NCBI GenBank assembly: GCA_013265495.1 | Contig: MU058252.1 | Span: 1,274,244-1,338,243, forward strand | DNA: 64,000 bases | Reading direction: 5' to 3' | Source: Vicugna vicugna | Lineage: Eukaryota | Shown here: in pieces, positions 13,113 through 27,003 of the stretch | Layout of the letters: every line of letters starts with the position of its first letter | How positions within the stretch are numbered: position 1 is the stretch's first letter | Notes under the pieces: model-generated | Databases searched by the model: none | Told to the model about the DNA's origin: nothing | What the model saw: the letters and a program-made list of their open reading frames with translations, nothing else | Translations under genes and position numbers: made by a program

Positions 13113-13590
13113 AATACACACCTTAAATATAAAGACATTTATAGAACAGAGACAGAAAGATATAATGTGACAACACTAAAAGAAAGCTACAGGGACTATA
13201 TTATTAAAAAAAGTAAACTTAAAGTAAAGAATATTGCAAGAACTAAAAATGGACATTTCATAATGGTCAAGTGTCGATACATTAAGGAAATATTAGTCCT
13301 AAATATGTATGTACCCAATGCAACGCTTCAAAAGACAGGATAATTGAAAGGAGTAATGTTCAAATCCACAATTATACTTGGATATTGCAACACCCAGCTC
13401 AATAACTGATATAGGTACACACAAAACTCAGTAAAAAGAAGACTTAAAGACTACTACCAATGACATGGACCTAACTGACGTTTATGGAACAAACACCCCA
13501 CCTAATGGCAACAGCATTTCCACTCTTTTCAAGCATACGATCCCAAGAATAAGCCATATTACAGAAGTTAAAACAAAGTTCAACAAAATT

Positions 13591-13761
13591 TTTTTTAATT
13601 GAAGTATAGTATTTTAATTGAAGTATTGTAATTTCTGGTGTACAACATTGTGATTCAGTTATGCATATATACATATGTATATTCCTTTTCATATTCTTTT
13701 CCATTATAGGCTAATACAAGGTATTGAATATAGTTCCTTTGTTGACTATAGTCCCCTGTGT
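13591..13761 (-). mobile_element. Short young L1 3' end
   Basis: Poly-T then aattgaagtatag...tttctggtgtacaacattgtgattcagttat. Flanked by ACAAA(A)TTTT on both sides. Confidence 0.85.
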
Positions 13762-14019
13762 ACAAATTTTAAAAGACTGAAATCACACAGAACATGTTCT
13801 CCGTCCTGGAAACAAACAAAAAAGATATATGCAATCACCTCAAATATTCAGTAAAAAATAAAAGAACAATTTTAAATATCCCATTAGTCAAGAAAAAAAT
13901 GACAAGGAAATTTTAAAAAAGCTTGAACTAAATGCAAATAAAAGCACACATTTCAAAATTTGTAAGATTCAGGTATGTAGTGAATGCAAGGAAATTTAGT
14001 TTTAAATAGTTATATAAGA

Positions 14020-14236
14020 GGCAAGACAGAAGTAAGGGATTAAGAGGTACAAACTACTATGTATAAAATAAATAAGCTACAAGGATACATAGTACAACAA
14101 AGAGAAGATAGCCAATATTTTATTAAAACTATAAATGGAATATAATCTTTAAAAACTGAATCAATTGTCAGTCACCATGTTTTACACCTGAAACTTATGT
14201 AATATTGAATCAACCATAATAAAAATAAACAGTAAA
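14020..14236 (+). mobile_element. 5'-truncated L1 3' end
   Basis: agggattaagaggtacaaactactatgtataaaataaataagctacaagg... The 16-bp TSD has 2 mismatches: aaatagttatataaga (14004-14019) and aaataattatatcaga (14237-14252). Confidence 0.85.
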
Positions 14237-15079
14237 AAATAATTATATCAGAAAAAAAGACAGATCTCAACTCTAACTGTAATCAGGTCTCCACTTCTAA
14301 GAAAATTAAAAAATGAAAATGAAATCAAGCCTGTAATAAGAAGGGAAGAAATAATAAAGAGCAGAAATCAATGATACACAAACACAGTAATAATTGAGAA
14401 GTTTTTAAAAATCAATAAAACCAAAAGACAGTTCTTTGGAAGAATAAAATGACTCTCCAACAAAAATGACAAGAGAAAAGGAAAAAGAAAAACAAAACTA
14501 TTAACAGAAATATTAAAAGAGGGGTTATTACTAGAAAGACTACAAACATTAAAAGGATGAGAAAATATTAAAAATAATTTTATGTCAATACATTAGCAAC
14601 TTAGATGAAATGGACCAAAATCTTTGGGAGGGACAAATTACCAAAAATGACTTAAGAATAGAAATAAAAAATCTGAAGAATCCAATGTCTATTTCAAAAC
14701 TTGAATTTGTAAATATAAACCTTCATACAAGGAAAATCCCAGAAAGCTTTACTGATGAACTCTATCCAACTTTTTTTTAAAGAAATAATACTAACTCTAC
14801 ACTATCTTCAGTAAGTAGTGGTGGTAGGAATACTTTCCAACTCACTCTACGAGGCTAACATTACACTGACAGCAAAATCAAAGACATGTAAAACCAATAT
14901 TCGTATGTCTTAAACACAGACCTGTTCTAGAGAATAAAAAAGGAAGACTCTACCAACCATTTTTTGTAAATATTACAACTGTTATACCAAATCAAAACTA
15001 AAGTAATAAAAGAAAATAAAATCACAGCCTGTTTTCACTTTAAAAACACACATAAAAATCCCAAACAGAAGATTATCAA

Positions 15080-16310
15080 GGGGTTCTAGTTCTAAATAAG
15101 ATGGAGGAATATATGCCAAACTTTTTCTCTTACTGAATGCAACTGTAAAACATGTAAATAATACATGAAACTACTATTTGAGTTTCCTTAAAAACATATA
15201 ACACCAGGTTGTTCGGTAATAGACATCAAAACTCAAAGTACTAGCAAAGTATCACTACGTTTACTCCTATTTTACCTCTCCAGTATCCCCTGGCCTGAAC
15301 TCAAAGAAGTCTGAAACACAAGAGTGCTGAGGTGCAGCAAGAGGGCTGGCCTAAACTGACCAATGACAACCTGCTCACAGCTGGACCGGATCCTAATTAG
15401 TATAACAAAACCTTTCAGAACTGAGCTAACAGACCTCTGGCCAGGCCCCAGACTGAACACTTGGTACTGCACACACAGTGCAGATAGAAACAGCCCTGCA
15501 AAGGCTTTGAAAACTAACTGACCTCACTACAGCCCACAGAAGGCTAGCTGAAACCTGTAGCTTATACCTACAGAGCCAAGTGCCTGCTAAATCAAAAATA
15601 CCAACATTCTCCATAAAACATTTAGAAACCAGAGTTTTATAATACTCAAAATGTTCAGAAACCAATCTAAAATTACTTGATACTCAAAGAACTACAAAAA
15701 TATCAAATCACATGAAAAAATACAATAAGCAAAAGAAAAGCCAATGATAAAATGACACGAGGTTGGAATTATCTGACGAGCACTTTAAAGCAGCTACTGT
15801 AAAATTCTCAAATGAGCAATTTTGGACACTCTTAAAACAAAGTATCAGCAAGGAAAGGAAAGATACAAAGAAGAACCAAGTGGAAATTTTAGAAATAAAA
15901 TTTACAAAAACCAAAATAAAAGGTTCACCAGAAATAAATAACACATGGTGGTCCTAAATAAAAGCAAATTAACAACTGCATTAAACATAAGTGGTTAAAC
16001 ACTCCAATTAAAATAGAGATTGCCACAATCGAATAAAAAACATGACCTAACTATATGCTGTTTACATAAAACTGAAATCAAATAAAATGACATATTTAAG
16101 GAAACGGACATACCATGAAACACTAACCAAAATTATGCTTGAATGGATATGCTACTAACATACACAGCAGACTCAAAAAAAAAAAACAGGGGAAAAGAAG
16201 GACACTAAATATTGATAAAAGGGTCAATTCACCAACAACACATAATTCTAATTCTAAATGTTTATGTACCTAACAACATAGCTTCAAAACACATGAAGCA
16301 AACTCCTATC
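15080..16310 (+). mobile_element. Second old L1 5' and ORF2-endonuclease remnant
   Basis: Endonuclease-like ttaaacactccaattaaa...ctatatgctg...tgataaaagggtcaattcacc...tatgtacctaacaacatagcttcaaaacacatgaagcaaa. Confidence 0.75.
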
Positions 16311-16349
16311 ACCAAAAAAAAAACCCTTAAAATACATTACTCTCACTGA

Positions 16350-16465
16350 ATCCGCTTAACTATCCTGCTCAAGTAGGCATTATTGTTCCTATTTTACAGA
16401 TAACCAAATTAAAATTAAGAAAGGTTAAGCAACTTACCCAAAGTCACTTAATTGGTTAGAGCCAA
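16350..16465 (-). mobile_element. MIR
   Basis: MIR core cctattttacagat...aggttaagcaacttacccaaagtcac. Confidence 0.7.
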
Positions 16466-16914
16466 ACTGTAGTGAGGCCAACATAGTGGGGAGAAGACCC
16501 AGGAACGCCCCTGCTGAGGTCTGCTTCTCCTCAATTTCAATTAAAAAAAAAAATTACAGGGGATGGGAGAGCTAGCTGCCTAGGGCTAGTGCCTATATTT
16601 GCTACCAAAAATCGTAACTTTAGTCAGAACTCCATTACTTGGCCCCTTACACATCAAAGTAGGCAAAGGAAAACATGGTACAAGCTCAAGTCCATCTCTC
16701 CCCTAAGCGTCTCAGATTTCACTCCACTGGACCAGCATCCATTAACTCACACACTCTCAGAAAAACAGGAGGTTGAAAGAAGGGACCATGAACAGGTGTT
16801 TGTACACCCATGTTCGCAGCAGCTTTAATCCCTCTAGGACCTCATTCCCGTGATTCTTCAACCTTACAAGATCTGCCAGCTCATCTCCCTACCACTTCTC
16901 AGGGTCTAGCTAAG

Positions 16915-17135
16915 AGGTGGCTGTAATGCAGCGGTTAGAAGCATGGAGAGCCAGGCTGCCTACATTAAAACGTTAATCATCAGCTGTATGACTTGTTTAA
17001 ACTCAGGACCTCAATCTCCTCATCTGTAAAGTGGTATAAAAGCACTACCCCTCAGGATTACTTTGAGGATTAAACAGACAGCCCCTTCAATGCCAGCTCC
17101 CTGGCAGGAACTCACTGTTAGCTGTCATCACTGTT
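16915..17135 (+). mobile_element. MIR
   Basis: gcggttagaagcatgg...cctcaatctcctcatctgtaaagtgg...tgaggattaaa. Confidence 0.75.
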
Positions 17136-17984
17136 ACCCTCTCCTCGCCCCCATCTTTATTACGTTCTCTTCCAGCTTGGATCCCATGGTCAGCAATGAT
17201 TATCATTCAGTTACACGGACCTTCAATATTTTCTGCCTTCATTTCATTCCATTATATCTGCCTGGCAAAACCGCTACCCATTCTGGCCCATGAATTCAAC
17301 CTGAGGGAAAAAGACAGCCAAGCTGCTGGTTTCACTCTGTACGTCTAACCTCACACCTCAAACAGCCCTCACTGCTGCCCAGCAAGCTCCATTTCACCAG
17401 TTTACTCTCCCGTTCCCGTAATTATTTATTTCATACTTCCCTGTCTTCAAACATTTAAGACTCTCTCCATTCCCCACCCTTCAGTTGATAGAATTTGCTT
17501 ATTTTAATGGAAAAATAGAGATAGTAAGAAGAGTTTCCATATTCTCCTCTACCAAATCCTCCAATTTTCCTGAATTTTTCCCCATATACTCTACCTTGCC
17601 TCCTATTACACAGACTACCTGTGTGCCTAGCTGACACCAATCCCTCTACCTGTGCTCCTGATCACATTCACTTTCCTGTTCATGAGCTTTGCACCTACAG
17701 TTAGTTGTTTATTTCCTCTCCTAGATTACCTACCAATCTTTCCAACTCTGAAAATCAACCCCATCAGTATACAAATTTATTGCAACAACAATCTTCTAAA
17801 AAAAAGAAAACCCTCTCTAGACTCCACATCCTCTCCCAGCTGCTGCTCCTTCTCTGCACCACCCCCGTAACAACACTCCTTGAAACAGTTCTGTACCCTG
17901 TTCTTCACTTCAGCTCCATGTTTTCTGTCTGAATGTCCTTCCCCACATCCCACTGAAATGGCCGGGATCAGGGTTACTCATCCG

Positions 17985-18111
17985 TAGGGTGACATACAAC
18001 TGGGTTTGCCAGGACAGCATCAGTTTAGGTCTGTCATACTCACATAATGATTGTGCTCCTGTCACATTCAAAGATGTCTTGCTTTGATCAATAAATTACC
18101 TAATTAGTCTA
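17985..18111. mobile_element. hAT MITE, MER96-like
   Basis: Begins tagggtgac...gggtttgccaggacagc and ends ataaattacctaattagtcta, with degenerate terminal inverted repeats. Confidence 0.6.
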
Positions 18112-18652
18112 CCAAGGACCTACAACTTGCCAATTCCAGTGGGCAATCCTCAATCTGTCAGACGCGCCTAAAACCTGTGATCATTTTCTCCACAGCTTCT
18201 CGGACATAACACTTCTGATTCTCCTACCACACTGGCTGCTCCTTCTCACCTTCTTTGCTGGTTCCTCTTCCTCTTTACTGACCTCTAAATGGTAGCGTGT
18301 CCAGGACTTTGTCATTAAATCTCTTCTCTACATACAAAGGCTTCTTCCCTGCGCAACCTCAACTAGTTTCTTTGCATATATTCTGTTAACTCCCAAGTTC
18401 CTCCATTCCCTTCCTCTCCACTGAATTGTAACTGACTGCTCAACATCTCCACTTGGTGTCAAATAAGCATCTTTAAGTTAACATATCAAAAGCAAAATTT
18501 GATTCCATACCCTCCCCTCTGAAATTTGTTTGTTCCAGTGTTTCTCACCTGAGTCAACAGTGGTACCCATCACCTGAGTAGCTCAGCTCTGTAACTTTAG
18601 ATCCCCTGCTCTCATACGCCAAATATCCGATCAGCACTACCTTCAAGACATC

Positions 18653-18860
18653 CAGGTAGCTTGCACTTTTCAAAAGCTCACTTAACGCCACTTTGTTTTT
18701 ACAAGAGACCTATATCACTACCTGTTTCAACTAACCAAAAGAAATATGAAGAGGATTTTCACTTTTATCCAAAAAAAGGTAACTACTTCTTTGCTTTATG
18801 CCGTTTTGGCTTACAAAAGGTTTCATAAGAACACTCTCTTCAGATAGCAGGAGAAACCTG
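18653..18860. mobile_element. TcMar-Tigger MITE (MER82-like), internally deleted
   Basis: Termini CAGGT...ACCTG followed by TA. The internal sequence acgccactttgtttttacaagagacctat...ttttggcttacaaaaggtttcataagaacactct resembles the remembered consensus. Confidence 0.65.
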
Positions 18861-19849
18861 TATTCCAAATGTGCAAACTTCTCACCAGGGGCAACAGCTA
18901 ACAGCCTAATGTCAGCATCATTCTTTCTGTTACTATTACAACTGGGAATCATACTATAACTAACCTTTATTGAGCATTTAGTATGTAAGAGGCACTGTTC
19001 TATTACCATCTCTATTTTAAAGATGAACAAAATGAAGATAAATGGATACCTCAAATTTATAGGTCTAGCTCCACAGCCAACATTCTTACCCACTGGCTAT
19101 ATCACAATCAGTGGTCTCCCTGTGCCCACTCTCACCGGCCAAGAGGTTCTCCAAATAATTCTGAATGATCTTTTCAAACATTAAGTCAAATCAGGTCACT
19201 CTCTTCCTCTCAATCCTCCAATGGTTTCTCATCGCACCTACACTAAAATCCAAAGTCTTACATGTCCTACAAGGCCCTACCTGATGTGGCTATCCTGGTT
19301 ACCTCTGATCTCATATGCAATCACACTCCTTACACACCGCCATCCTCGCACTTGCCTGAACACAACTAAGATGTTCCAATTCAGGGCCTTCGCATTTATT
19401 GATTCCTCTGCCTAGAACACCTCTCCCAGATACTCACAGGCTTCTCTTCTTTCAGGTTTCCACTGAAATGTCACATCCTCAGAGAGAACTTTTCTTAACA
19501 GCAAATCCACAAAATAGGGCCCGTCACTTGCTATCCATTTCCCTGCTTCATTCTTCTTTGTGTCCCATGTTACATTATATTTGTTATTTTATTAATCTGG
19601 CTCTTAAAATAGAATGTAATCTCCATGAGGCCTGGAATTTTGTTCTAGCCACTACTGCACTCTGCACACCTACGAGCACCAGACATTTCACAGTCACTCA
19701 ATACGTGGTTTGTTGAATGAATACAATGGCTCTACAACTCAGGAGGAAACATACTGATTTAATAACTAGAATTGAGATAACTATCTAACCATTCCATAGA
19801 TAAGCAAGTTATACTTCTGCTTCCCATTGAATGGAAAAATAAAATTTCT

Positions 19850-19910
19850 GGGGGAGAGTAATAGCTCAGTGGTAGAGAATGGGCTTAGCATGCACGAGAG
19901 ACGAACCTAA
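19850..19910 (+). mobile_element. Truncated Vic-1-like SINE
   Basis: ggggagagtaatagctcagtggtagagaatgggcttagcatgcacgag. The B-box half is missing. Confidence 0.8.
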
Positions 19911-20690
19911 CAGGGAAAGGGACAAAGAATACAAACAAGAAATTCATAAACAAAATGAACTGATCCATAAAACATGAAGTGTTCAACCTCACCTAGTAAT
20001 CAAGGAAATCAAACAATCAAATGAAAAATGAGTAGCACAGATCACACTCAGTGATCACGGGAGTACAGGAGAGACAAAGACTCACACACAACAGCTGGCA
20101 AGGTTGTAAATGGTACAGCATATACTGGAAGGCAATTTAGCAACATCTATCCAAATATGAAATATGCACATGTGATCTATCAATTTCACATCTAGAAATC
20201 TATCCTACCTCATGTGCATAAATACATAGGTAATAAATATAGATACATACAAGGATGTTCACTACAGCACAAACAACATAAAAGCTGACCAAGGGAATGT
20301 TCAAAGTGTGCTCTACCCATTCAATGATCTGCAGTTTCTGGTCACTACAAACAATGAGGCAGATCTTCTTGTACTGAAATAGAAAGATCTCCAGGACATA
20401 GTTTCACAAGGGAAAAAGTACATTATAGAATATATATAAGCCCATGAATCTGTATAAGCATATACAAATGTACAAATATGCATGTATGTTTTATAAGCAG
20501 TTATTTACATACATATACACAAGATATGCAGCAAACTATCTAGAATGATACACACCAAAATGATACCAGTGGTTTCCTCTTGAGAGATGAAGGAAAATTG
20601 AGGGCCAAGGAATGGTCTTTAATTTTTCACTCCCTACAAGATTTTATAAAGAGCACATATTCATCTATACTTTAATAATCAGGAGAGAAG
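19911..20690 (+). mobile_element. Old L1 (L1ME-like) ORF2 end and 3' UTR
   Basis: gttcaacctcacctagtaatcaaggaaat...ctggaaggcaatttagcaacatctat...acaaggatgttcactacagca. Confidence 0.7.
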
Positions 20691-22089
20691 TTTAAAGATA
20701 TTTTCCTTGGGAACCACTGGAAGAGAGCTTTATTTTTTATGCCCTAGTAGTTCAGGGATCATTTTTTATCGCCTTCAAATAGTAAACCTTCCAACCATTA
20801 TACAGTTAATGCACCTAATGATACTTTTTAAGGAGTCACATGAGAAATAAAGGAACAGTGTTTGGAGTTTATTCATAACAGTTAGAAATGTCCCTGTGAT
20901 TAAAGCCATTCCTACTTTTCAACCTCTGATAATTCTATTACTGAGTCCTTATAATGCCCAAGCCATCTAGAAACTGAAAATTTATGCCAATTATTATTCG
21001 GATTATAAAATAAAATTAAAAAATCCTTGTGATCACTTTCTTCAGTAACTTGATTTATATCTAATGTATGTGATTATGTCCATATACATACATATACACA
21101 TGCAGTAAAGATCAAGCCACAGTATTATTTTTCTATGGTCAGAATATAATTTGACCCTTAAGCCATCAAAAAAAAGTCACTTACTAGATAACATTAAATA
21201 TTTTTTCTTAAAAATACTAATACAGTAATTTTTGTGAGGACAAATTCTTAATAGAAAGTCAAAGAATAGTAATTTTAAAGACAATAAAATGGTCTTTAAA
21301 CATGAGACAGTCAACTGAACAATTTTAGAAATGGAAATTAAAGCAAGGACGTATCATTCTACATATCAAATTAGCAAAGAGTGATAACACCCTCAGCTAG
21401 GCAAGTTACAGGAAAACAAGACACTAGTAGGAGTGCAAATTGTACAACCATATCAAAAATATCCTAAATACAGGACCTAAACAAAGCTCTTTAGTCTCAT
21501 ATGTCAACACGGTTTTGAAAGAAAATTATAAAGACTAAACCACATAAGTAATTGTCAAAGTAAATTTATGTAGTAATAAGGTCATTACAGCCAAAGCAAA
21601 GAAAAATCAAAAGTAGCCATATTCCCATTAGATAGCCAGTAATCATCACAGCAGCTCAAAACTTGCATCATCAATTAAACTGGTATCATCCTTTCTACAT
21701 AAGTGTGAACTCTCTAGTCAGGGGTACGTACCACTGATAATTACATACAGTAGCAACTATAGGTGTAACCAGAACATTTGGAGTGAGGAGGAAGTATGAT
21801 TACCACATGGATAAAAATAAAATTTTCTAAGAAATACCTGAAGAAATCATTTTTAACACTGTTGTTTCATTTTACCACTCTGCAATCAAAGAATTTAGAG
21901 TGGTACAGAATTCTGCAATGATGGATGGTTGTGAAGTTTAAGCATTTGTTAAGAATGACAGTTCAAAATAAAGACAAGAAAAACACAGGAAGTAGTCCAG
22001 GCAAAGATTAATTTTTCAGAAGATCCCTGAATTTAAAAATAATTACAAACTCTAACATCCATTTTGTTCACCAGAAATTTACTTTTAAA

Positions 22090-23825
22090 TAAGGTGCCTT
22101 GGTGGGAGGAGTATATGGGAACTGTACTTCCTGTGCAATTCTATAAACCTAAAAAATTAAGTCTTTTTTTCTAATGTATTGATCCATTAAAAACAAATCT
22201 TCCCTGTGTTCTAGTAACTATATTCAAAACAATGTTTTGCAGTGAAATAGGAGGACAGGATAAAGGAAAGTAGTAAAATTATGGGGAAGGGAAATTTATT
22301 TACAGAATATCAAGAATCAAAACTGTCCCAAATTTCTCAACAGAAATATTGTAAGTAGAAAACAATTAAAATAAAAACAAACATGGAAAGGGTGGAAAGG
22401 ATCTGTCAAATACTAAGCATAAAATAAGGTGGTAGAAATCCAAACATTTATCAATAACTATAAAACATGTAAATGAAATAAAGTCTCCAGCAGAACGACA
22501 AAAATTATTAGAATAGATTTATAAACAAAACACAGTTTTTAAAGCTATGAAGAGATATCTAAACATAAAGGCAAAGAATAGTCGGAAAATAGTGGAAAAG
22601 ACTGAAAAGGTGTTCTATAATCAGAAAAATGAAACCTAAAACAATATTAAAAGGTATTTCTTATCTACCATATTGGAAATGTTTAAAATCTGATAATATC
22701 AAGAGGTGGTAAGAAGCCAAAGCAACAGGGGGACTTTTAGACTCTAAATAAGGAGGGTGTGAACTGGTTCAATCATTCTGAAAAACACTCAGTGGTACCC
22801 AGTAAAGTTGACATATGTGTATACCACATTTGCACTGGCATGGTTTTTAATCATGACTGAGAGTAAGAAACGTGTTTTAAACTGTGACCACATACACACA
22901 CAGAATACTATACAGAAGTAAAACTATCTTTCAAAGAAGAGGGTAGTTGTTTGGAAAAACAAAACAGAGATTTTTGCACCACCAAGAGACACCAAGCAAT
23001 TAAATTCTAAAGTTTCAGGAAGAAGGAAAGTTCTCCCAGGAGGAAAATTTGAGATGTATCAGAGAACGATAAGGAAAGAAAAAAGTAAACTTGCCAGTAT
23101 TTCTAAACAAAACTGACTGCATGAAAGAAGACTAAAATTAATGTCTGATTTACGGGGTTACAAGAGTTATATTTAAAGAAGTAAGATGATGGACCAGAGG
23201 AGCAGTAAGTCAGGAGGCTGGGTGATCAGCAGTAAAGCATTTTAAACTTGCTATTGTTCAGGAGTAAGGTGAATTACTAATTCTGCTACAGCTTAAATAT
23301 TTATGCTAATATTTCTAGGGAAGACAGGAAAACAATACATACTGAATGTATACCTACCAAAGGGGAAGAGTGAAAACGAGATGGAACACGGAAAAATATC
23401 TCAATCCAGAAGTGAAAATGAATAAACTGCAATTATGAAAATGAACACAGATGAATCACACCAAAGGATAAAGGCAAGTTTGTACAGAAGACTGTACACA
23501 GTATACACAGTATGATTCCATTAACATAAAGTTTTAAGGCAGGCAAATCTAAACACATACAGGGATACAAACAAATGTGGTTTTTTAAAAACTATAAAGA
23601 GAACCAAGAAACAATTAAAAACAAAACTTCAGCATGATTACCCTGGAAAAGGAGAAGTGTGGTCAGGGAGAGGCATTTAGGGGACTTCAAAGAAAGTTGG
23701 GTAATATCCTTTTTTTTAAACTGTAAGGTAGGTACACAAAAACTTGTTATTTTTTAATCTAAACTATATGTAATTGTAAATAAAATCACATATAGAAGAA
23801 TATGAAATTTCACAATTTAAAAACT
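22090..23825 (+). mobile_element. Patchwork of old L1 fragments
   Basis: Several L1ME-like ORF2 and 3' UTR segments (tacacagtatgattccattaacataaagttt...). Confidence 0.55.
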
Positions 23826-25714
23826 TAAAATCCCCCTCCACTCCAAATATCCCAGATTCCTCCAGTCCTTAGTTACAGACTTCTAAAACGTCCTTGACTA
23901 CACATCTCCTCTTCCCCGAAGGCAGTACCATTAATTAGGCCCTACCTTGACATCTCTTTTACAGATGCCTTTCATTATTACTAAAACTGTGATGTATTAA
24001 TTAACTATTCCAATTTTCTTTTTACTTTTTTGTTTCCTCTCTAGACTGTATGCTCTCTAAGGCAGACCTATTTTCTTTTGGGCTTCCTGCCCTGCCCAGA
24101 ATCTGCTAGAACCTTTCTTTGTACAAAGTAGATATTCAGATATTTATTCATTTTTGTACTCAACTCTAGACTTACATATACCAGGATATTTACTTCCCAG
24201 ACTCATGCTCCTTAAAGAGTTAACATGAAACAATAATTATGAACCATGCAACCCAATTAATTAGGAAACAAGTCTGAATATTTTCCTCCCTCTGAAATAA
24301 ATTATTTTCCTTAGTGATTTAAGTCAGAAGTCCTGGGTTTTTTAGGGACAGCATCTTAATTTTTCTGTGCTCTATTTTCAACTTCAGTGACATAGAATAC
24401 GAAGTCTCTTACCTCCTTTAAAAATTTACAAGGAATCAAAGAAACTTCTTCTCAACTCTTCCCAGCCTTCCCAGCCCAGCTTTGGAGAGACTCCACACAC
24501 TGCCTTTCTCCACCTCCTCATCTCCCATTCCCCCCTCAATAAGGCCCTCACTACACCAATGAAATCTTCTTCCAAGGCCACTTTTTGAGCAGTTTCTAAA
24601 CTCCATCTTCCCATTCTTTCAGATGAACCAGTTTTCCCAAAACACTGTACAGATGTTAAAAAAAAAAACCCAGTGACATACTGAAGTATTTACTGATAAC
24701 TGAAGCCTAGAATCAAAATCACAGGGAAGGGAAGGCGAGAGGAGGTGAGAGAAGAGCGGGGAGGAGTGATGCACAGATGCAACAAGACTGACCACAAGGA
24801 GACAGCTGTCGAAAGTAGGCGATGGGAACACGGGTTCAATATAAAAATATCTCTACTTTTCATAAGTTTAAAACTTCATAATAAAGTTTTTAGAAACACT
24901 TATTTACTACTCGATCATAAATGGATGACTAAATGTATATCTAAAGAAGTATCATAAAATCTCTATATTAGCAGGACTTGTTCAACTTGTTCCCCAATTA
25001 ATGAATTCCTCCTAAAATATCCCAGACAAGACACAGAGCCTCTACTTCAGTCAACACACAGCATATAACAATAACTTCCGGATGGAGATACAAGTATGAA
25101 TAAGACAGTCATCAAACTTAAGGAATGTGTACGTGGGAAATCAATAATAGAATGCCTCAAGTGCAGTGACAGCAACTCAACTATGAGAGAGATCACTTCA
25201 TGAACAGTAAAGACTTCACAAAGAAGAAGAGGTAAGACTTCAGATCAGAAAATGGGAAAGGAATGAAAGCAGGGGAAGGGAGGAGAGGAAAGTAATTCAG
25301 GTAGCAGGAATGGCTTACATAGGTCTAAATGGGGGTAATATTCAGCCTTATTCAAAAGAGAACAAGGAGTGTTGACGGGTATGTCGGACCCACGGTATGG
25401 AAAGGACTTAAATACCAAGCTGAGAAGTCTGAATAAATTTCAGCAGAGAGGCTCCAAAAGTTTTACAGCAAAAAAGCATTAGAACCAACTACACACGAGA
25501 GGAAAAACCTCAACTGTTTAATAACCCAGAGTAGAAAATGAAACTGCCCCGGTCTGTGGAAGAGCAGCTTGAGTAGCCAGTCGCCACGTTAGGGTTTTTT
25601 TATTCAAAGCCAAAATGTGATTACAACAAATATTTGCGTGCTGACTATGTGCGAGGCGCTGCTCTAGGCATGCCAGGAATTTCTGTTTAGTAGTCCCAGT
25701 TCTGTCCTCTAGAG

Positions 25715-25904
25715 CACCGGTTCTCAACCGGGGAAGCAGGGGGGCAATTTCTGTCACTCCACCCACCAGGACAACTGGCAATGTCTGAAGACATCTGGAG
25801 TAGAGGCCAGGGATGCTGCTAAACATCTCTCAGTGCACAGCCCAGCCCCCAGCAAGGAATTAGCCAGTCCCAAACGTCAACAGGACCAAGGACGCGAAGC
25901 CCTG
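25715..25904. mobile_element. MER20 (hAT-Charlie MITE)
   Basis: ggttctcaaccgggg...ggcaatgtctgaagacat...gtagaggccagggatgctgctaaacat. Degenerate 8-bp flanks ctctagag and ccctaaag. Confidence 0.85.
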
Positions 25905-27003
25905 CCCTAAAGCGGCACACTCTGTCCACGCTCCTGAACACCGTCATACATGTTACCTCCATCTTCTCCTATTTCTATTCTACAATAGAGGCTTTTCTGT
26001 ATCTTAAGAAATGCACAACACCATTTTAATAATGTGGCAAGTGAAACTAAACATACCATGAATCTAAAGATTTGATTTAAAAATGTTTACACGCTTTATT
26101 TATTCTAGAATAACTTTCAGAAATAAAAGTGTCTTCCTCTTTTCACATGTATTCTCAAAATCTCAGGCTAACAGCTCTGAGTACTGTTTGGTTACTCCTT
26201 TTCCTTGTGTCCCTACAGCAGTTTGTTGCCGCATTCTGCCCCCTCTCTCCACGGAGTGCTTCACATGCAGTGTATCCCTTTCTATGCCCAGTGCCCTCCT
26301 CCAAGATGCTTCACTCAGTGTTTTCTCTGGAGCTCTGGCGTCGTCTGTCCCCCTACTCCCTCCCTCGCTATCTAACCCTGCACTCTGTACCTGCTCAAAA
26401 GTCCGTAAGGTTGCCTACAACATACAAATAAAAACCCAGTGCCTAAAGCTTGGCATTCAAGACCTTCTTTCAACTGGCCACAACGCACCTTTCCAATTAT
26501 TCCCCCCACTGCTCCCCTCAGGATTACCCTTTTTCAGCAAAACAAGTTATTCTGGAGCACACAAACAACCTTTCCAGATCAGGGAAACCAAAAGCCACTC
26601 TGGCTTCATTCAGACAGAAGATAAGCTTTCAACTCAGAATAGCCATCAGAGATCAATTTATTGGGAATCTTGGTCTACCCATAGCTCTTTTTTATGAGAA
26701 TTAGCCAACCCCCTGGGCTCGCTGTCCTTATTTAGAACATCCCCTATTCACCTTTCCTTTTTAGGCTTCAGATTTACCAGCTTTTTAAACAATTCTCCAA
26801 CTGCTCTAACACAGAGGCGTCTCTCCCACCACCACCTGCCCGCCCCCAATACCTGCGGTTCTCAAGCCATTTGGCAAATCACGTGTCACTTCATTTCCAT
26901 TAGTTCTCTTTTATATTCAGATAGCTAAAGTTGTGACTGATCATCTGCAAGCTGAATGAGGGGCAAAGGGTTATTCGCATTCCCAAACCAATCTTCAATC
27001 CTC

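Larger units (their letters stand above)
10795..15075 (+). mobile_element. Old L1 5' portion (5' UTR, ORF1 remnant, ORF2 endonuclease), host to three nested insertions
   Basis: ORF1-like gaatgactgcaagcttttcatctaaaactatgtaagccagaagacagtg near 12220. The ORF2 start motif (SIIMLSVNGLNTTIKKQR) is at about 12965-13020 and ORF2 continues to about 14900. Confidence 0.85.
17150..19725 (+). mobile_element. Long degenerate L2 with nested MITEs and a MIR
   Basis: Pyrimidine-rich L2 body ending in cactcaatacgtggtttgttgaatgaat at about 19720. Confidence 0.75.

Noticed and set aside
26083..26697. 204-aa ORF
   Set aside because: Ser/Leu/Pro-rich from C/T-biased DNA, no recognisable domain, antisense to the host gene. 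Most likely a chance frame.
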